Part shown: positions 51,418 through 64,000 of the stretch, in pieces
Layout: every line of letters starts with the position of its first letter
How positions within the stretch are numbered: position 1 is the stretch's first letter
NCBI GenBank assembly: GCA_964016885.1
Contig: OZ024743.1
Coordinates: 60,388,001-60,452,000, forward strand
Direction of reading: 5' to 3'
Length of the DNA stretch: 64,000 nt
Source of the DNA: Eledone cirrhosa
Lineage: Eukaryota
Notes under the pieces: model-generated
Told to the model about the DNA's origin: nothing
Seen by the model: the letters and a program-made list of their open reading frames with translations, nothing else
Database searches by the model: none
Program-made: the position numbers and the translations under genes

Positions 51418-52175
51418 TATAGCTATATATATAAAGTTCGTTCGAAAACATAAGCTCTCGGGTTCGATATCACCTTGGGCAAACAACATTTTCCATTGTC
51501 TCGGATAACAGAAGCCTTGTGTGTAAAATTAGGTACAAGAAAACTTTTAGAATTACTTTGGATGTACAGTATCTTGAATTCGTAAGAATTGTGTGACGAT
51601 TAATCTCCCTGAGAATTACGTTAAGTTTATACGTGTCTGAATAATGCTAACCCATTTGCCTTTTAATTTCATGAGCAGGCTGTTCCGTTGATCAAACAAT
51701 TACAATACTACTGAGCGAAACCGACGATTAACCATTCAATTTCGTGCCTCTTTCTATTGTATTGCTTTAGTTCATCTGGGTAACAGTTTTCACAGCACCG
51801 CCGTGTTCATATTCCGAGAGAATCTGATTTTATCATTCATTACGAAAACCTTACTTCACATAGAAAGTATTCCAAAAGGAATAAATATATATATAAGTAT
51901 GTATACGTACATACATATATGTATACAGACGTACAGTAGTATGTATATATATACATACATGCACACATATATATAAATATGGATTTACCGAACATTTATT
52001 ATAATGCTCGGTTTGTTTGTAAACAAACATCCCGAATTAAGCCGTACATATATATAAATATGGATTTACCGAACATTTATTATAATGCTCGGTTTGTTTG
52101 TAAACAAACATCCCGAATTAAGCCGTACAGTGTTTAGCAACCACCGTTGCCCTTTTGTTCAACACTGGCAAAGGA

Positions 52176-52218
52176 ACGATGTATTAGTTTCAAGCTTATT
52201 AGCTATCGTCAGCACCGT
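52176..52218 (-). ncRNA. Minimal HHR (F1)
   Basis: Minus strand: acggtg-CTGACGA-t agct aata agct t-GAAA-cta-ATA-catcgt. Confidence 0.62.
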
Positions 52219-52675
52219 ATACCTTCCTGCCAGATGATTGAACGTCTGAAAGTATAAACTTTCCTTATGCATATTAACGGCTGAGCAGCTTAATTTGTCA
52301 CCATGTAAATGAGGAGTTAGATCGGTCCTTGGTAGTTGCTAGCTTATTCGTATCTCTAATTTAATTCCTTTGCTATAGATTTGTTTCTCATGCCGATTTT
52401 CCCATACTCGATTTTGTAAAAAGAAATGTTATCTGCCTTTGTATGGTCAGCTGCCATCCCATTCATATATGTATACAGACGTACAGTAGTATGTATATAT
52501 ATACATACATGCACACATATATGTATGTACGTGTGGATTTACCGAACATTTACTATAATGTTCGGTTTGTTTGTAAACAAACATCCCGAATTAAGCCGTA
52601 CAGTGTTTAGCAACCATCGTTTTCGGTGCGCCCAGCATATACTTTCAGAAATTCAATAATCTGGCACGAAGGTAT

Positions 52676-52718
52676 ACGGTGCTGACGATAGCTAATAAGC
52701 TTGAAACTAGTACATGGT
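52676..52718 (+). ncRNA. Minimal HHR (F1)
   Basis: acggtg-CTGACGA-t agct aata agct t-GAAA-cta-GTA-catggt. Confidence 0.68.
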
Positions 52719-53794
52719 TCCTTTGCCAGTGTTGAACAAAAGGGCAACATTGGTTGCTAAACACTGTACGGCTTAATTCGGGATGTTTGTTTACAAACAA
52801 ACCGAGCATTATAATAAACGTTCGGTAAATCCATACGTACATATATATGAGTGCATGTATGTATATATATATACATACTACTGTACGGCTGTATACATAT
52901 ATGTATGTACGTATACATACTTATATTTAAGTAACAGCCGTACTAAGAGTGAGTGAGAAATGAAATTTCGTTTCATTTTATCCATTAATAAATATATTTT
53001 ATTGCCAGATGTGAGACAAAAGTGTACACCTTATCTAAAACGGATGCCACTTCATTAGTTCGGGCAGTCGCCCTAATTCTTCCACAAGCTATTTTACTGC
53101 AGCAACGTCAATGAATGGGATGGCAGCTGACCATACAAAGGCAGATAACATTTCTTTTTACAAAATCGAGTATGGGAAAATCGGCATGGGAAACAAATCT
53201 ATAGCAAAGGAATTAAATTAGAGATACGAATAAGCTAGCAGCCACCAAGGACCGATCTAACTCCTCATTTGCATGGTGACGGGAACCTTTTGCTCTATAA
53301 ACTCCTTCTTTAAATGAAACTTGAATAAGTTACTGTAGGTTTGGCTCATGATGGAAGCTTCTGTCTTCATCTCTTCCAGTTTTTTCCGTCACACCATCTC
53401 TCTCACCACAGATACTGGAAAGAGGAAATCGATGTACCTGTCTGATCTTAATAATACAAAATACATATTTTTCAATTGTACATCATAATAAACATTATTT
53501 TTTACATATCAGATAATTATCTTCAATATAATAAAGTTCTAATTCTATAGAAATCATACTCTTTGATATTTAATTCAATGTAATTACGTAATTTCCCACA
53601 GGGACGGCATTGTACTTATTGTAAATACTAGCTGGCCCGTACGGCTGGCGATCGGCTAGGTATACCTGCCACTACCACTCGACTGCAAAGATACCACAAA
53701 CCCTCCCGTGTCACATTGTCCTTCCGACTTCGTAGCATAGGGGAGGAGCTACAGTAGAAATGAGTTTAAAAAGAAAAAATTCATCTGTGTTGTT

Positions 53795-54397
53795 AATATA
53801 CATACATGGTGGCTGCCAACTCGTTTTCGAGTACGGCCACTACTTTATATCCATGTAGGAGAACGCCTACCGATGCGCTGAACGAGTGTGACTTTTTAGT
53901 CCAGCCAGTGACTTGAAAACTCTGGTACAAACACTACACTTGTGACAATTATTGACACAGTGCTGGGCCCATGGTACCATGTGAGGACAAGTGCAGAGAG
54001 ATCTCCAGATATAAAGCAATGCCTGTGCCGTGAAGCTTTTATAGTGAGCAAAGGCACTGCACAGAGCCAGTCCCACTCTCTTAACCAAGATGATATTTAC
54101 CAAAAAGAAGAACAAGTCAACATCATTGGATACCATCAGGGTTGCAGGTGTTATATCAGAGTTTTCCTTCTCCTAGAATTCTGCCTTGACAAAGGCTAAG
54201 GGGTCATCTCTCCCGGTGATTTTGGATGGCCAGTGACTCTTAAGAGCTCCTTTGCCCTTTGACAGGTTTTGTTTTTAGTCCTGCAGGATGTCCAAAGTCA
54301 CCCTCCTCACCAAGAAACCTTGGTGGGGTTGCCAGTTTAGTCGCCAACGTCCCGACCATGAGACAGGTTGTACTGGGATACATGTTACCAGTAGCAC
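53795..54397 (-). mobile_element. RTE-derived non-autonomous element (5'UTR-like part joined to a 3' end)
   Basis: The 3' part encodes CSVCTRVFKSLAGLKSHTRSAH* followed by a short UTR and an atgt tail. The 5' part resembles RTE 5'UTRs (ttggcgactaaactggcaacccc...ggagaaggaaaactctg). No RT lies between them. Confidence 0.5.
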
Positions 54398-54464
54398 ATA
54401 TACATACATACATACATACATACATACATACATACATACATACATACATACATACATACATACG

Positions 54465-55500
54465 TTAATTTTATGCTGGCCCCCACCGCATGTGCAATCA
54501 TTTCCTTTAGTTCATCGTGGTTTTCGGGGGTCCGTATGGCTCTGGTCCATCCGTTCCCTCTGTCTGTGTAGGTTTTCTTGGCCATTGAGGTAATGGTAGG
54601 TGGTCTGCCTCTTGCTGGTCTTGTAGGGCAGAGGTTATTAAGGCCATATGTATCTAGATAATCATTACTATAGGTAAGTTTAAGTAGGAGTCCCAGCTCA
54701 CTGGTATCAATCCCACGGAATTCAACATTGCTCTCACTGATCATTTCTACGCATTTCTTCACAGCAAAATCCACGTCAATAGATGGATACAGGGACACAA
54801 CATCCATACTACCTATTATGCAGTTTGTTAGGTCCCTAGATCGGTTAGTCTCGCCGATTCTGCTGAGGAGGTCCTCCGTGCTGTCACATATATCTGGGGA
54901 CGTTTCAATGATGGGCGTATGATCAGGGAGAGGAAGTAGGAAAGTATGTAGTTACTAGCAATGTTAGCTCCACAGACTGGCCGTGTTGGTGGTCCTGTGA
55001 CAGGGTCACTGCTCGTTTTATGGTCTTTTCGAAGCCCATACAACGCTGGCACATCATTGTTCCAAGCTTGGAAGTTGTGGGCAGTCCTTTTGTTGGGCTG
55101 CATTATATTTGTCCACATCATCATATGGGCATTGAGGGCTTTTTCCTTATCCTCATGCTCTTGTGGTGTTACTTATCTTGTGTTAGTGATGTGGCGTTGC
55201 ATTGCCTGGATGTAGTTTGACAGACTGTCAACCGACATTCTGCCAGACTTGTCTGTTGGAAAGCATACAATCTCTCCATTACTCGAGCGCTGCATGAGCT
55301 TACGCAAGCCATTTGCAGATTTTTCTCCCAGTTGCTGGGCCTCCATTCTATTATGCTTCTTGCTATACTGTTCTATAATATTTCTAAGTTTAGATCTAGC
55401 TATACTAAATTGTGCGTCTGTATGTTCATCGACCTGCGACGGCAATTGCGTGCGTTTGTTAAAAGCTAAAGTCGTGGCTGACATAAATAAAAGTAAAATA
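54465..55500 (-). pseudogene. Degenerate N-terminal RT fragment of a second, divergent PLE lineage
   Basis: IVCFPTDKSGRMSV, PALYGLRKDHK....GPPTRPVCGA, (GS)MDVVSLYPSI, RGRPPTIT. Broken by stops and frameshifts, and cut at a (TACA)n tract. Confidence 0.7.
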
Positions 55501-55730
55501 AATGTAAAAACATTTCTCCAGCTGACAAAATAAGAATTACTTTGAATATTTTCCCATTCATCTGGTTCTCACGTTACAGATGGAATGTTCACCATCATCA
55601 TCAAAGACACACACACAGTGTCAGACAGACACACTATTCAATTCATACATACATCAAAACACACATGCATACACACACATATATGTGTATGATATGATAT
55701 ATATATATGTATATATACATATATTTGTAT

Positions 55731-55820
<90 letters not shown>

Positions 55821-55823
55821 GTG

Positions 55824-55887
<64 letters not shown>

Positions 55888-56989
55888 TGTGTGTGTGTGT
55901 GTGTGTGCGTGTGTGTGTGCATGTATGTAATTGTAATTTATAAAGTGTTGCTAGGAATTAATAGGAGAATCGATCGGTCTGTTTCATGTTACAGGTATAA
56001 GAATCAGGCAAAAATATCAGCAGATATACCTTAACATAGATATTCACTGATGTATAATCTACCTCTTTTCTTTCTTTCACTACTTTATTACACCTATTTC
56101 TTCACTACTTGGTCTGGCCAATCTATAATATTAGATCGCTACTACTGTAATTGCCCCTGTTCCTCAGAATTGGTTTACCTGCTACTATAATGGTCTCTAT
56201 TCTTCGGAACTGGATGACATGCTACTATTATAATGATTTTGCTTCTCAGATTTGACTGACCTGCACTTAAAACTGCTTTTGTTTCTCTGTACAGGCTGAC
56301 TCTCTGCTACAATGGCCTCAAATCCTCACGCAAACACAAGAAGATTGGTATATAAAAAAAAATTAATTGAGAGACAATTTCCTGCCTCTCACCTCCAAAC
56401 TTCTCTCTATATTTTCCACTGCTACTGCAGTTGTCACCGCTCGTTGTCCCAAGCTGAAATCGTACCACATTCACTCAGGCGATCACGCCCCACTCGTTTC
56501 CCCTCCTTTCATCACATATATTATGTTCAACTTCCCAGGTCCCTCATTAACCACTATTGCCAATCTTTCTGGAGGGACGTCATCCTTCTGGATTCTCTCT
56601 TTGCACATGTTTTTCTTGTAGGATTCAGCCTACATGTATGCATACATGGATGGCTAGCTCCACCTGCAACAATTTAGACTAAGCATCAACATATCGGCCT
56701 CGGAGAGCTAGCAATGATCATAGGCACAGCTCCTTGCTCCAGCCCTTGCATATAAACACACACACCCACACACACACACACAATAATCTGGTGAAACCAA
56801 ACTATGTTACTAACTCCCTTTCTCGTTTATGACCTTCACTCAGGTAAACGATCTGCTAAAAATAGCTGCCAAATTTTCTTAAAATCATACCTTATCAACT
56901 TAAAAAGGGAGAGAAAGAGAAAAAATTAATAATTTTGATTATTTTATAACTTTGAAGCATGTAACATTCTTCCATTAAGGATTTTATGT

Positions 56990-57255
56990 ATCCTGCTCGT
57001 GAAACTAATGTGTAAGTGGTTGATAATTACACAAACACTTGTATCCTTAACTTGGTTCTCAGGGAGAATCAGGGTGACAGTGTTTGACAAAACGTCCTTT
57101 TGAATTAATTGTACAAATATTTTTTTGTAACTGAATGGACTGGAGGAACTGGAAATAAAGTGTCTTGCTCAAGGACACAACACTCCACCGGCAATCGAAA
57201 TCACGGATATACGAACATAAGCCGAATACATTAACCACAAAGCCACGCACCTTTA
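56990..57255 (-). mobile_element. Second tRNA-type SINE family copy
   Basis: Minus strand: gcgtggctttgtggttaa...gatttcgattgccggtggagtgttgtgtccttgagcaagacactttatttcc. Related decayed copies at ~35140-35430 and ~51440-51720. Confidence 0.6.
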
Positions 57256-57915
57256 CTAGATATAGAATAACTGAAGAAAAGATTCAAAGGATGGAACACT
57301 CATTGTTGGAAAATAGAATAGAATTTCCAAATACCAATTCATTAGGATCTATATTATTCATTTCGACTAGAAATCAAAAAACGTAAGCTAAAGTATATAC
57401 GAAAGGTCAGGTTATCCCCTGTGGATAACTGTTTTGGATATTTGGACATCATCTGCAAAGTTATAGTGCCAATGCACGGTATATATAAGAAGGGCAGGAC
57501 AGATATAGATACAATTTACTATTCTTACATCTGTACGACCAATGAAGTTTACTATATGATATTTACCGACTCAATCCATCATTAATTTTCTTAGATTCAA
57601 GTGTTTATATACATTAACTGATCCGGTTTGAGTGGAAACGACTAACGAGTATTAAAGATAAATTCAATAGTTTAAATGTCTTATATACAAGTTAAATATA
57701 AACATATACAATAAAATAATCATCTGGGATAAAAGAAAATTCACATACAAACTCTTATGATCCCCTTTCAATAAATATTTGTTACAGCGTTGGATTAACA
57801 GAATACCTTCAGCACCCCCTTCTCTCTGTCTCTCTCTTTCTCTCGCTCTCTTTTCCACACTCTAACCACCTACTTCTTCACTATTTCTTGTTACGGCGTG
57901 GGATTAAAACACGCA

Positions 57916-57989
<74 letters not shown>

Positions 57990-59137
57990 TGCACAGACAT
58001 ACATGCACATACATAGTTGCCATTCTCTTTCCAGCGTGGCCGACATTTTACACAACATATATCCCAACTTTAAATGAATCAATTGTTGACAGCTTCTTTA
58101 AAAATAACCACCATTTATATCGCATCTTAAAAGGAATTCTATTGCAGGTTTATTGCATTCTTTTACTGTTGCTTTTACTGGTAAACAATGGTTATTTCCG
58201 CCAATACGCTGTATATTACAGCGCCTACGTTAGTCAATATGATACATGTGAACTCTTAATCTCATCATCCATGTTGTATCTCACATAGCCCACCAACGCT
58301 CGTACGACACACCTCGCCAAATCCTTCCTCTCTAGAACTGATAATTTCCGGAAGTCTCACTATCGACCAACGCCTTCATTACGGACATCAAACTTCAGGA
58401 TTTCAAGTTACATGTTAAACTCACATGTCTAGCAAGGTCTGTAATCACGTCCCCACCCTATGTACTCTGCACTAAGCAGTCAAGAACATAGGTGAACTAA
58501 ACTTCTCACCACAGACAATGTATACAATTACATCATCAACATGAGATGGAATATACTCACTACCCTTCTATTATTTTCCTTCTTCACCTAATTCTCCTTC
58601 TCCTCCCTCCCCTTAGCCTCTCCTCCACCATCCACCCTTTCTCTTGTACAGAATATCCCTACTACAGAAACGGATACTGACCAAAGAAGCATCATATCTG
58701 GTATCATCCTGCTTCCCTATATGTTCATACTATACAACAGACAGATACCTTTACACGCAAACATACTACGTCGTGATATTTTCTCTCGCCAGCTACAACA
58801 CCACCTTTATAAGTATAGATATGTGTGTGTGTGTGTGTATGTGTGTTTGTGTATGTGTATGAGTATGTGTGTATGTGTATGTGTGTATGTGCATGTGTGT
58901 GTGTGTGTGTTTTGTTTTCATGTTATCCGGCAATTGGCGAAATCAGGTGTGAAAGTATGTGTATTAGTGTGTGTGTGTGTGTTACTTATGCGATCGACGA
59001 CAGATGAAAGATATACCACGGAAATGAACGTTATTTTTCAATCACCGCTACATTTGATCATACACATTGTTTATTTGAAAATTATTTTAATGCAGATACT
59101 TGATTTAACGTCATTGGAAAACGGTCACTTGCTGGTC

Positions 59138-59211
<74 letters not shown>

Positions 59212-59409
59212 AACTAACACTTTAATTGTATCTCTCTCTGTCTAACGGCCTATCTCTCTCTTTCCCGCCCTTATGTTTTTCTGTCCCTCTCTGTAGATGT
59301 GTGTGTGTAGTTTTCCTAATCTTTCTCTAAATCTATCTCTTTCTCTCTCTTTCGCTTCCCCTCTTTCGCTCCCCCTCTTTCTCTCGCTATGTGTATATAT
59401 GTGTATATA

Positions 59410-59918
59410 TGAGATACGGAAACTAAAACAGTGTTGTCATATAGAGAGTGAAGAGCGACAGAGAGAGTAACGCAGTTAAATTATAGAGAGGAGGGAATGA
59501 TCTATTATAGAGAGAGGGAAGAGCGACGGAGAGAGTAAAGCTAAAAAAATATAGGGAGGTGTGTAGGATACATAATACATACACACGACGCTCAGCTTTA
59601 TAATATTATTGAAGGTAGATACGGAAAGTAAAAGAGTGTTGTCATATAGAGGGTGAAGAGAGACAGAGAGTAAAGCAGTTAAATTATAGAGAGGGTGAAA
59701 GAGAGCAAGATAGAGAGAGAGACGATGCTCAACTTTATAATATTTGAGAATGAAGAGCGACAGAGAGAGTAAAGCAGTTAAATTATAGAGAGGGGGAATA
59801 ATATATTATAGAGAGAGGAAAGAGCGACGGAGAGAGTAAAGCTAAGAAGCTACAGGGAGGTGTGTAGGATACATACATAATACATACACACGACACTCAG
59901 ATTTATAATATTATAGAT
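59410..59918. repeat. Imperfect tandem duplication of a GA-rich unit
   Basis: gatacggaaa.taaaa.agtgttgtcatatagag at 59412 and 59618; gaagagcgacggagagagtaaagct...acacgac.ctcag.tttataatatta at ~59518 and ~59818. Confidence 0.75.
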
Positions 59919-60204
59919 GATATGATTTAATCTTGTGTTAAGTACAGTTCAGTTGAGTTAAGCTCATTCATGTCAATACATTTCAAAATTCATTTTAATT
60001 GGATGTTCAGATTTTCTTTCTCTCGAAATGCCCTACTTTATGAGGCAAAATGCTTTTCAGTATATGTTCCCTCTCATTATATTTTTAGTACAAATACCGC
60101 TATGGTCTAAGGCTTAAAACTACGAGGTTGTTATTGGCTGCATATTGCGGAGGTCACTCTGTTATACGGATGTTTACATTTTGCGTTCTGCGTATTTGTC
60201 ACCC

Positions 60205-63030
60205 AGGAAAATAGAGTAGAGGGAGAGCTAGTCAGAAAGCTAGAAGAGGCGTTTAGGACAGGCATCGCAACCGACGTGCTTGCAGCGAGATTGGCACTCG
60301 ACCAATTCTTCAACGCAAAACACGAAGGCTGCGTTGTCAGAGCTAGAGCGCGTGCTCTGAAACACGAGGGGACAAAAGCCGTCCAATGGGCCCGGGTGGC
60401 AGAGGCGCGACGTGGCAATAAAGCCACAATTCGGTCTTTGTCTGACCAAAACGGGTGCGTGATGCTCGAACCCGAGCGGATGTATGAAGCTTTTCAGCAG
60501 CACTTTGCTGAACTGTTCGGGGGCGGCGGCGGCCCGGATCGGGGTATGGCCTTCAGTGCATACCTCGACGGACTGCCTCGGCTCTCGACGACCGCAGCAC
60601 AGTGTTGCGAAAAGCCAATAACAGCCGGTGAAATACGGGAAGCGATGGCTAACTGCACAAGAGGTAAATCGCTAGGTTTAGATGGTCTGCCCTACGAGCT
60701 TTATGCATTTATGCTAGACTTGTTCGGTGACCTCTTGGCAGACGTCTACTGCAACTGGCAGCAGAACGGGAGCATTCCCAGTTTTGTGAGCTGGGGAGCA
60801 GTGACGCTGCTGAGAAAAGACCCGAACAAGGGGGATGTTATTGATAATTTCAGGCCCATAACCCTGCTAAACGCAGAGTTCAAGATTTTGGCCAAGGTGT
60901 TAGCAACGAGGTTGGCGCTTGTCGTCAAGGATCTGGTGGGAGAGGCGCAGACATGCGCCATCCCGGACAGATCCATACACGACAACTTCTACCTCATGCG
61001 ATACATCATAGAGAGGGTGGTTAAGGAACCTGGCAAGGGTTGGGCCCTGATCAACTTGGATCAATCCAAAGCATTCGATAGGGTCGACCATCGGTACCTG
61101 GTGGCGGTCCTCGAGGCAGCCGGTTTCGGGCCCGTTTTCAGGCGTTGGATCGCAGCAATGTACAGCGACATCTGCTCAGTTGTGAGGGTGAACGGTCACC
61201 TGTCGCAGCCGTTCAGCATCATGCGCTCAGTCCGCCAGGGTTGTCCCCCTCTCGTTCCTCTTGTACGTATTGGCTCTTGAGCCGTTACTGCACAAACTGG
61301 GGGCGATGAGGGGCGTCCCACGCGAAATAGGATGCGGGAAATCCGAGTCGGCTTACGCTGACGACGTCACCGTGGTGGTGTCGAGCACCAGACACGTCCA
61401 GATCCTCGGCACCGCTGTCAAGGAATACGAAACGGTGACAGGAGCAAAGATAAACCAGGAAAAGTCGGTGGGCTTGCAGCTAGGCACCTGGAGAGACAAG
61501 TCCATGCCGTCCGACAGCGTCGTGGGGCGTTGGACAGACGGACCGGTTAAATTGCTCGTGGTCTGGTTCGGACCGGACCTCTAGATGGAGAAAAACTGGA
61601 ACGAGGTGACGAGCAGGGTGGCCTCCCTCACCCAGAAATGGGCTGAGAAAAAGCTGTCCCTGAAAGGCCGGGCGGAAGTGGCGAATGCGTACATCGCATC
61701 CGTCATCTGCTACCGCCTCACCGTCGTCCCTTGCTCCAGCCCAACTATCACCAAAATGGAGCGCCTCCTCTTCCGCTTTTTGTAGAAGGGACGCGCTCCC
61801 ATGGTCAGACGATCGATCTGCTGTCAACACCCGTTACGTGGAGGACTGGGTATGCCATGGCTGATGATGCGCAAACATGCGCTGAGGCTGCGACATCTCT
61901 GGTGCTTCCTTGACGGTGAACAGGTGTGGTCGCCGTTCGCCAGGCACGTTTTCCCACAGCTCGTCTCCTTGACGGAGCTGCAGTCCTGGGTCAGAAAAAG
62001 ACCGAGGGATAGCGCTTGGAAACTGGAATGTCTCCAGGCGCTTACTGCCCTCTCCCAGTCGGGCACCAGTATCGGTGGAACATCCACCTCGGCGTTCTAT
62101 AGAGGACTAGTGGAGGGGAAGAGCGACGACGTTCTCGGAGAGATCCTGGGCGTCGAAGAAGATCAGCTGCTTGCTCTCTTCCGGAGAACTTTCAGCCCGG
62201 GGCCTATGGATAACTTCCAAAAATCCCTGGCCTGGCAGTGCTACCGGGGAGCACTGCCGGTTCGAGATAAGCTCTACAGGCACGGAAGTGCCGTCAGCCG
62301 ATCCTGTCCGAGATGCGCGCATAGCGACGAAACCGTTGTGCACGCACTCGTTCAGTGCCCGAGCATTGCTGACTTGTGGAGCTATGTCGAACAGTTGCTG
62401 TCACGTGTGGGACTGATCCGGTTGTCGACTGAGTCCATTGTGCAGATGGTCTCGCGGTCTTCCTTTGAGGAGGAAGGGCAGGCGGTTTTCATCTGCCTGG
62501 TGGTCATGGCGAAAGAGATTGTGTAGTGGACAAGGTTAAAAGGATTAAAGACAAACACTTCCCTCTTCGGCGAATCCCTGATTAACTTTTTCAAGTTTCA
62601 CTTGAAGAGGAAAATCAGGGTGGAGAGGCAAGTGGTGCTTTCTAGCAAGTTTGTTGAAAGGTGGGTGAATGTAGCGAGAATGGTCCGAGTGAATGGGACC
62701 ACTCTGAATATACGTCTGTTATTGAGAGATGGAAAAATTGAGAGAGGGCGCTTGCCCTGGTAGTCAGGATGGCCGTGGTCTTTTGTGTGGTTTTCGCCAC
62801 GAGTAACCCTCGGAGGTTTCCCCCCTATTGGGGAATTTTTCATTGTTTCAATTTTCATTTTATTGTTTATATATATATATATGTTTTACGTCTTTTTTCT
62901 TTTCTTATATAAACAATAAAAATATTTACACGCACAAAACCCACATCGTACCGTCCTGTTCCGTCTGTGATGTTTTTCTTGATATCGGCCCTTGTGGCCA
63001 ATAAAGAAATCATTATTATTATTATTATTA
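60205..63030 (+). mobile_element. Tx1/L1-group LINE, 5'-truncated, with intact 3' end
   Basis: RT motifs (NFRPITLLN, LDQSKAFDRV, VRQGCP, YADD) and a C-terminal CPRC...ETVVHALVQC zinc motif. Frameshift at ~61250 and stops at 61582, 61783 and 62524. AATAAA at ~63000, then (ATT)n. Confidence 0.9.
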
Positions 63031-63040
63031 ATATTATTAT

Positions 63041-63086
<46 letters not shown>

Positions 63087-63273
63087 CATATTAATTTACC
63101 AATGAAAATAATGACAACAAAGTCAAGTTATTTTACCTATTCATTTACGATCGTTTCGGAGGGTTGATCATATTGTTTACATTGAGTTTTATCTACGGTA
63201 CGGACGAAGGGTAGACCACGAAGGATAGACCACATTGAAAAGTATATATATATACATATATATATATATATAC

Positions 63274-63496
<223 letters not shown>

Positions 63497-63516
63497 CACA
63501 TATATATATATATATA

Positions 63517-63637
63517 TAGTATACTAGGGAGAGGATCAGGGGTGTATAACACTCCACTTATCCAGCAGGCAGTATAAGGTTACAACCAGTGGGAGCCGTA
63601 TAGTATACTAGGGAGAGGATCAGGGGTGTATAACACT
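63517..63637. repeat. 37-bp direct repeat pair
   Basis: tagtatactagggagaggatcaggggtgtataacact at 63517-63553 and 63601-63637. Confidence 0.9.
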
Positions 63638-63972
63638 GTATTTACCTACTCTTACCTAATCCTATCTTATCTACTCTTGTCTGTTCTCTTATCCATGTGT
63701 ATGCTTGTATGTAACTATATGTTGACAGCACCCCGCCCAACTGTGACTGATAGCACCCCTTATTTTTCATTGCTTATTTTTCATTGTTTATTATCTTATT
63801 TTTATTTTTATTTTTATTTTTATTTTTATTTTTATTTTTATTTTTATTTTTATTTTTATTTTTATTCTTATCTTTATTTTTACTTCCTTAATATCCTTTA
63901 TCGTCTATTATTATTTTTCATTCTTCAATGTCTTGGATTTGTTATTGCTTGTATGGTATGTAATTAACCTTT

Positions 63973-64000
63973 ATGCTCTGATGAGTCCCACTTATAGTGC
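63973..64000 (+). ncRNA. Probable 5' half of an HHR cut by the window edge
   Basis: atgct-CTGATGA-gtccc... at the end of a T-rich, pLTR-like segment. The 3' half is not visible. Confidence 0.35.

Larger units (their letters stand above)
51885..52985. mobile_element. Complex F1 fold-back with internal duplications, two inverted HHRs and a captured flank
   Basis: F1 segments at 51885-52296 (with a ~78-bp tandem duplication), 52467-52620 (direct) and 52640-52985 (inverted). Confidence 0.8.

Noticed and set aside
58200-58560. Possible LINE 3' remnant (FLSRT-like)
   Set aside because: Too decayed to support.
59410-59918. Helitron/Helentron-type ends (tttataatattatagat)
   Set aside because: No subterminal hairpin or 5' end identified. 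Reported only as a tandem duplication.

Overview
AT-rich, microsatellite-dense eukaryotic DNA. The SINE family resembles octopus SINEs, so a cephalopod source is likely, but this is inference. There is one host gene: a secreted carboxylesterase/cholinesterase-fold protein lacking all three catalytic residues (exon 21144-22519, candidate terminal exon 36134-36197). The rest is retroelement debris: two Tx1/L1-group LINEs, an RTE LINE, an RTE deletion derivative, a CR1-group fragment and many SINEs. The main signal is a Penelope-like element (PLE) system. (i) A ~10.8-kb near-perfect palindrome (40592-51357, 1-nt centre at 45975) holds two head-to-head, 5'-truncated but uninterrupted RT+GIY-YIG ORFs. 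Each has a ~3.3-kb microsatellite-rich 3' region ending in a type-I hammerhead ribozyme (HHR) with a ~115-nt stem II. (ii) About ten short non-coding fold-back elements from several unrelated families occur across the window, most carrying minimal type-I HHR motifs. I read ~17 complete or near-complete HHR motifs by eye, including U3-A8 compensated cores and palindromic stem III. All calls were made by eye without alignment tools, and ribozyme activity is untested.
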